30,467 nt of DNA. It comes from a virus (lineage: Duplodnaviria; Caudoviricetes). The position numbers and the translations under genes were made by a program. Positions 25,547-30,467 of the stretch are shown piece after piece. The stretch is from IMG/VR virus record IMGVR_UViG_3300032318_002229, positions 1-30,467 of that record; one strand, written 5' to 3'. Numbering within the stretch: the first letter of the stretch is position 1; every line of letters begins with the position of its first letter. The notes under the pieces are model-generated. The model was not told the origin of the DNA. It was given only the letters and a program-made list of their open reading frames with translations, and searched no databases.

Positions 25547-25663
25547 CATGATAATATACGATTTTCTTATATCGTATTAATTTTTTAATATTATATTACG
25601 CTTTGACGTTCTGTCAAAATTAAGCGTACTTCCAAAACAATTATTTGAGGACAAAAAACAAAA

Positions 25664-26695
25664 ATGACAAACAGGGACTTACTTAAAGAAGCCATTGCCG
25701 ATGCCAAAGCTGTTAAAGAAACAGCCATTGCCAATGCAAAAGCTGCTTTAGAGGAAGCTTTCACTCCCCGTATGAAAGAAATACTATCAGCAAAACTTTC
25801 AGAAATGGATGAAAACTATGATCTAGAAGAAGCCGAAATGGACGAAGAAATTGAGGAAGGTTACAACATGGATGAAGAAATCAATCTTGATGAATTAATG
25901 GACGAAGAAATGGACATGGATGAATCAATGGATGAAGCAGACACTATGGATGAAATTAACCTTGATGAACTTCTAAAAGAACTAGACGAAATGGATGAAA
26001 ACATTAATCTAACTGATTTTCCTGATGGAGAAGAAGAACACGGCAACATTGCTGGTGACTTATTTGAAGCAGAAGAAGATGAAGAGGGTGATGATGAATC
26101 TATGAGTCTAGAGGACATGACCGAAGAGGATTTAAAATCTTTCATTGAAGATGTAATCGCTGACATGGTATCATCAGGTGAATTAGAAGCTGGTGAATCT
26201 GAAGAAGATGAAGAAATGGATATGGAAGATGAAGAAAGTGATGAGGAAGTTGACTTAGATGAATTAATGAATGAAGTAAAGAAAGAAAAAGATGTAGAAG
26301 AAGCTAAGAGTGAAGTTAAAAAATTAAAAAAAGAACTTAATGAAGCCTATTTTACTATTAAATCTATTCAATCTGAATTAAATGAAGTTAATTTATTTAA
26401 CGCAAAATTACTTTACACTAACAAAATCTTCAAATCTAAAAATTTGACTGAAAGTCAAAAAATGAAAGTATTGGCTAATTTTGATAAAGCCACAAGTGTT
26501 AAAGAAGCTAAATTAGTATATGGAGCTTTAATAGAAGGACTTAAAGAAAAGAAATCCCCTATTAAAGAATCTTTATTAAGAAGTAGTGCCTCTAAAACAT
26601 TAACTGGCAATAACGAAAAGAAACCAATTCTTGAAGTAAACAATCAATACAAAAGATGGCAAGAACTTGCTGGAATTAAACCATTAAACAAATAA
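25664..26695 (+). CDS. Prohead core/scaffolding protein
   Basis: Very acidic, coiled-coil-like; lies between protease and major capsid gene; repeated EINLDEL. Confidence 0.8.
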   Translation: MTNRDLLKEAIADAKAVKETAIANAKAALEEAFTPRMKEILSAKLSEMDENYDLEEAEMDEEIEEGYNMDEEINLDELMDEEMDMDESMDEADTMDEINLDELLKELDEMDENINLTDFPDGEEEHGNIAGDLFEAEEDEEGDDESMSLEDMTEEDLKSFIEDVIADMVSSGELEAGESEEDEEMDMEDEESDEEVDLDELMNEVKKEKDVEEAKSEVKKLKKELNEAYFTIKSIQSELNEVNLFNAKLLYTNKIFKSKNLTESQKMKVLANFDKATSVKEAKLVYGALIEGLKEKKSPIKESLLRSSASKTLTGNNEKKPILEVNNQYKRWQELAGIKPLNK

Positions 26696-26704
26696 AAACA
26701 AACA

Positions 26705-28405
26705 ATGTCACACGTACAACAACTATTAGAAAGCGCAGCTGGGTCTTGGAAGTCACTTCAAAGTGATGCTGCCAAATTAGCTAACAAATGGATAAAAACC
26801 GGTTTGTTAGAAGGATTGAATGACATTGACAAGAATAACATGTCAATGCTCCTTGAAAACCAAGCAAAACAATTAGTGGTTGAAGCTAACCAAATCTCTT
26901 CAAACTCTGCATTCCTATCAGGTGGTCAGGGTGAAAACTGGGCTGGTATTGCTTTGCCTCTAGTTAGAAAAGTGTTTGGTACTATCGTAGCCAAAGAATT
27001 CGTTTCTGTACAACCTATGAACATGCCTTCTGGTCTAGTGTTCTTCTTAGATTTCCAGTATGGAGATTCAAAGAATCCTTTCACCGCAGGTTCTTCACTT
27101 TATGGTAACAGAAACACCGCCTCACAATTCCCATTTGCTACTCCTGCAGCAGAAGGTGGTTTATATGGTGGTCCTTCAGGTAGATTTACTTACGCAACCA
27201 ACAATTTCTCTGGTTCAGCCACTATCACTACTGCATCAATTTTTTCTGCATCTTTCCAAGATGTAAACTTTGATTCTGATTACTCGGCTTCAATAGCTGC
27301 TGGAACTATTAAAGAAATTATCTTCCCTTCAGCATCAGTTAACCTACCTGCTTTTGATATGGAGGCAGTAAGAGGTTTCATCATAACTTCTGGTTCAACT
27401 ATTGCTTTAGCTGATAACTTCCAACAATTCACTACTTTCAATTTCACTAACAATACCATTACTTTCTTAGTAAGTGCTTCTACTGCAGAAATTGCAAATA
27501 GTGGTACTTATGTAGTAACTTACCAAAAGGCGGGTTCAACAGATGGTTCAAACGTATTCTCTGGTGGTAATAACTTCAGTGGATCTGGTAGAGGTGATTT
27601 TGAAGCTTCAGGTGCATTCTCTGTACCTAACTCAGCTAGTACTTCTCAAATTGTGATTCCTGAAATCAACGTTAGAATGCAATCACAACCCATTACAGCT
27701 AAAACTAAAAAGTTAAAAGCAGTATGGACTCCTGAATTTGCACAAGATTTAGCAGCTTATCAAAACATTGACGCTGAAGCCGAATTAACTAACATCATGA
27801 GCGAATATGTTTCAATGGAAATTGATTTGGAAGTTCTTGATATGTTAATTGAAGATGCAGCAGCAGGTACTGAATACTGGTCAGCAGTTTCTAACCAAGT
27901 AATTGCAACCAATGGTACTTTTAGTACTTCTTCATACTACAACACTCAAGGTCAATGGTTCCAAACTTTAGGTACTAAGATCCAAAAGTTAAGTAACAAA
28001 ATCCACCAGTTAACTCTACGTGGAGGTGCTAATTTCTTAGTAACTTCTCCTACAGTTGCAACTATCATCGAATCTATCCCTGGATTTGCTTCTACTAACA
28101 ATGGTGAAGCCGACCAAATGGAATATGCTTTCGGTGTACAGAAAGTTGGTTCAGTAAACAGTCGTTATAAAGTTTACAAGAATCCTTACTTAACTGAAAA
28201 CTTAATTCTGTTAGGTTATAAAGGTTCACAGTTCTTGGAAACTGGTGCTGTATTTGCCCCTTATATTCCGTTGATCATGACTCCTCTTGTGTACGACCCT
28301 GATACCTTTACTCCTAGAAAAGGTCTATTAACTCGTTACGCTAAGAAGATGTTAAGACCTGAATTCTATGCTAAGATTTATGTTAATGGTTTAAACACCA
28401 TCTAA
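26705..28405 (+). CDS. Major capsid protein (T4 gp23-like)
   Basis: LLENQ, VQPMNMPSGLVF, KLKAVWTPEFAQDL, DAEAEL, APYIPL, DPDTFTPRKGLLTRY. Confidence 0.95.
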   Translation: MSHVQQLLESAAGSWKSLQSDAAKLANKWIKTGLLEGLNDIDKNNMSMLLENQAKQLVVEANQISSNSAFLSGGQGENWAGIALPLVRKVFGTIVAKEFVSVQPMNMPSGLVFFLDFQYGDSKNPFTAGSSLYGNRNTASQFPFATPAAEGGLYGGPSGRFTYATNNFSGSATITTASIFSASFQDVNFDSDYSASIAAGTIKEIIFPSASVNLPAFDMEAVRGFIITSGSTIALADNFQQFTTFNFTNNTITFLVSASTAEIANSGTYVVTYQKAGSTDGSNVFSGGNNFSGSGRGDFEASGAFSVPNSASTSQIVIPEINVRMQSQPITAKTKKLKAVWTPEFAQDLAAYQNIDAEAELTNIMSEYVSMEIDLEVLDMLIEDAAAGTEYWSAVSNQVIATNGTFSTSSYYNTQGQWFQTLGTKIQKLSNKIHQLTLRGGANFLVTSPTVATIIESIPGFASTNNGEADQMEYAFGVQKVGSVNSRYKVYKNPYLTENLILLGYKGSQFLETGAVFAPYIPLIMTPLVYDPDTFTPRKGLLTRYAKKMLRPEFYAKIYVNGLNTI

Positions 28406-28425
28406 TATAAATTAGACTCAATGTA

Positions 28426-28460
28426 AAAAAGAGGGCACCAATTTGGTGCCCTTTTTCTTT
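28426..28460 (+). terminator. Intrinsic terminator after the capsid gene, overlapping a promoter
   Basis: AGGGCACCA-ATT-TGGTGCCCT then TTTTCTTTT; TTGG 28443 and TATATT 28466. Confidence 0.8.
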
Positions 28461-28500
28461 TCCATTATATTTATATTCGATACGTTAAATCTTTGTTAGG

Positions 28501-30012
28501 ATGAAAAAAAAATACAATAAAAAAGTAACTCAATATTCTTTAGAAGGAAAAATATTAAATATTTTTAATAATGCTACCGAAGCATCTAGTATAATAAATT
28601 ATGATTCAATAATAAGTTGCTGTATAGGAAAATACAAAACAGCAGGAGGATATGTATGGAGATTTGAAGGTGATGATTTTAATATAAAAAATAACAAAAA
28701 TAAATCTAATACATTTAAATGCAAAATATGTAATTCAGATGAAACTGTAAGAACAATGGCCCTTCATTTAAAATGGGTTCATAATTCCAATACAGATGAA
28801 TATGTAAAAAAATATGGTGAATTTAGACCTAAAAAATTAGAAAATATAAAAAAACAAATTATTTCTAATATAAAATGTGAATTATGTGATGAAAAACTTA
28901 ATAGTAACCAACACTTAATGTATCATTTATCTAAATTTCATCCTGAAGTTAATAAAAGTGATTATATAATCAAGAATTTTTTAAATAATGAAACTCCTTT
29001 ATGTAAATGTGGATGTGGTAATCCAGTTTCTATTTTGGAAAACGGAAAAAACTGTGATTTAAATAAAGAAACATATCATAGAGACTATATAAAAGGTCAT
29101 TGGGATTGGGAAGTATTTTCTAATATAGGAAAACAATCTAAAGAAGAAATAGAATTAGTAGATTTCATAAAAACTATATATGATGGTGATGTAATAACCA
29201 ATGCTAGAAATATAATTCCTAAAGGGGAAGTTGATATATATTTACCCAATTTAAAATTAGGAATAGAATATAATGGATTATATTGGCATTCAGAAAAAAA
29301 TAATAAATTAAATGATTACCATTTAAATAAAACAAAAAAAGCAACTCAAGAAGGAATAAGACTAATTCATATATTTTCAGATGAATGGATAAATAAAAAA
29401 GAAATAGTTAAAAATAAATTAAATACTATAATAAATAAATCTAAACCACATAGAATATATGCCAGAAATTGTGTTGTTAAAGAAATAAACTCTCAAATAA
29501 AAAATGAATTTTTAAATCAACATCATATACAAGGTGAGGATAGAAGTTCAATAAAATTAGGCCTCTATCATAAAGAAGAACTAATAGCAGTAATGACTTT
29601 TTCCTACCCAAGAATATCATTAGGTGGTAATCCATTAGATAAAACATCCTATGAACTATCCAGATTTGCTTCTAAAACTTACATATGTGGAGGTTCAAAT
29701 AAATTAATAAAATTTTTTGTAAAAAAATACAAACCAAAAACTATATATTCTTATTCAGATAATAGATGGACTGATCCTTATAATAATATGTATTTAAAAT
29801 TAGGATTTGAAATTGAAAAACAATCATCTCCAAATTATTTTTATACCAAAGATTATATCAATAGATTACATAGATATAATTTTAATAAACAAAGATTAAA
29901 AAAAATGGGAGCTGATACTAAGAATAAAACAGAATATGAAATTATGAAAGAAATGGGTTATACAAAGATATGGGATTGTGGCACAACAAAATACTCTATT
30001 TCTTTTTTGTAA
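28501..30012 (+). CDS. Free-standing homing endonuclease, Hef-like, with NUMOD1 and zinc-finger DNA-binding domains
   Basis: NUMOD1-like VTQYSLEG..TAGGYVWRF; CKIC..H..H and CELC..H..H; CKCGCG; EVDIYLPNLKLGIEYNGLYWH; IYARNC..ELSRFA..IWDCG. Confidence 0.8.
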   Translation: MKKKYNKKVTQYSLEGKILNIFNNATEASSIINYDSIISCCIGKYKTAGGYVWRFEGDDFNIKNNKNKSNTFKCKICNSDETVRTMALHLKWVHNSNTDEYVKKYGEFRPKKLENIKKQIISNIKCELCDEKLNSNQHLMYHLSKFHPEVNKSDYIIKNFLNNETPLCKCGCGNPVSILENGKNCDLNKETYHRDYIKGHWDWEVFSNIGKQSKEEIELVDFIKTIYDGDVITNARNIIPKGEVDIYLPNLKLGIEYNGLYWHSEKNNKLNDYHLNKTKKATQEGIRLIHIFSDEWINKKEIVKNKLNTIINKSKPHRIYARNCVVKEINSQIKNEFLNQHHIQGEDRSSIKLGLYHKEELIAVMTFSYPRISLGGNPLDKTSYELSRFASKTYICGGSNKLIKFFVKKYKPKTIYSYSDNRWTDPYNNMYLKLGFEIEKQSSPNYFYTKDYINRLHRYNFNKQRLKKMGADTKNKTEYEIMKEMGYTKIWDCGTTKYSISFL

Positions 30013-30086
30013 GAAATATTATAATTTTTTGTACTTTAATATAGGGTTATTATATTTATAGGAAACAAAACTATAAATAAAAATTT

Positions 30087-30467
30087 ATGAAAGAAACACC
30101 ATCACAATTACCTATTCCAAGTTATGTTTTAAATTTTCCGTTTACATTATCAACAGAAAATCCTAATAACGTACGGATGAATGAATTATCTCCTGAAGAT
30201 TTACAAATTAATAAACCTAAAGCTTATAAACAGTTTATGGATTTATATAATTTTATGGCTGGAGGAGCATTAGTTTATTTATTACCTTCCTATGGAAACT
30301 ATCAAGACCAAACTTATGTGGCCAATGTTGGTATTTACTTACCACATATAAAAAACAAAAATGAAATTATTTTGTCCAATTTTGCCTCTGAACCAAGACA
30401 AGGAGAAGAAAAAGTAGCTCAACCATTTTTTAAAATGATGAATTACAATACCACTATTTGTCCTTAC
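30087..30467 (+). CDS. Amidinotransferase/DDAH-like (pentein) protein, runs off the window
   Basis: Own translation, absent from the ORF track: MKETPSQLP...NPNNVRM..INKPKAYKQF..YQDQTYVANVG..ILSNFASEPRQGEE, no stop before 30467. Confidence 0.7.
   Translation, partial: MKETPSQLPIPSYVLNFPFTLSTENPNNVRMNELSPEDLQINKPKAYKQFMDLYNFMAGGALVYLLPSYGNYQDQTYVANVGIYLPHIKNKNEIILSNFASEPRQGEEKVAQPFFKMMNYNTTICPY

Noticed and set aside
25449-25663. tRNA in the long intergenic regions
   Set aside because: No cloverleaf or T-loop GTTCRA pattern is visible here or in 9409-9522.
566-26643. All minus-strand ORFs in the track (e.g. 566-808, 5697-6044, 6281-6676, 25861-26166)
   Set aside because: They lie antisense to long plus-strand genes and are F/S/L/I-rich shadows of K/E-rich codons, with no motifs.
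1-30467. Stop-codon reassignment, as in some large phages
   Set aside because: Core genes are full length under the standard code and coding density is near complete; TAA, TGA and at least one TAG (13264) act as stops.

Overview
A very AT-rich, densely coding, all plus-strand segment of a large tailed dsDNA phage with a T4-type head module. The host is probably Bacteroidota (inferred from A-rich start regions without Shine-Dalgarno sites and TTG-N20-TATATT promoters). The right half holds a terminase large subunit (LAGLIDADG intein), portal (HNH intein), prohead protease, acidic scaffold, gp23-like major capsid protein, a free-standing Hef-like homing endonuclease and the start of an amidinotransferase-like gene. 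The left half holds many unrelated proteins sharing a short amphipathic helix (MKxxxLRQIIKEEI / KESKLRSxI), with domains joined at (L/I/V)-x-E junctions. I read these as capsid-targeted internal head proteins whose shuffled cargo modules are released by the prohead protease; this is an inference. Two promoter classes alternate gene by gene: ATATTTAT (putative late) and a hairpin-embedded TTGG-N19-TATATT (putative host sigma).
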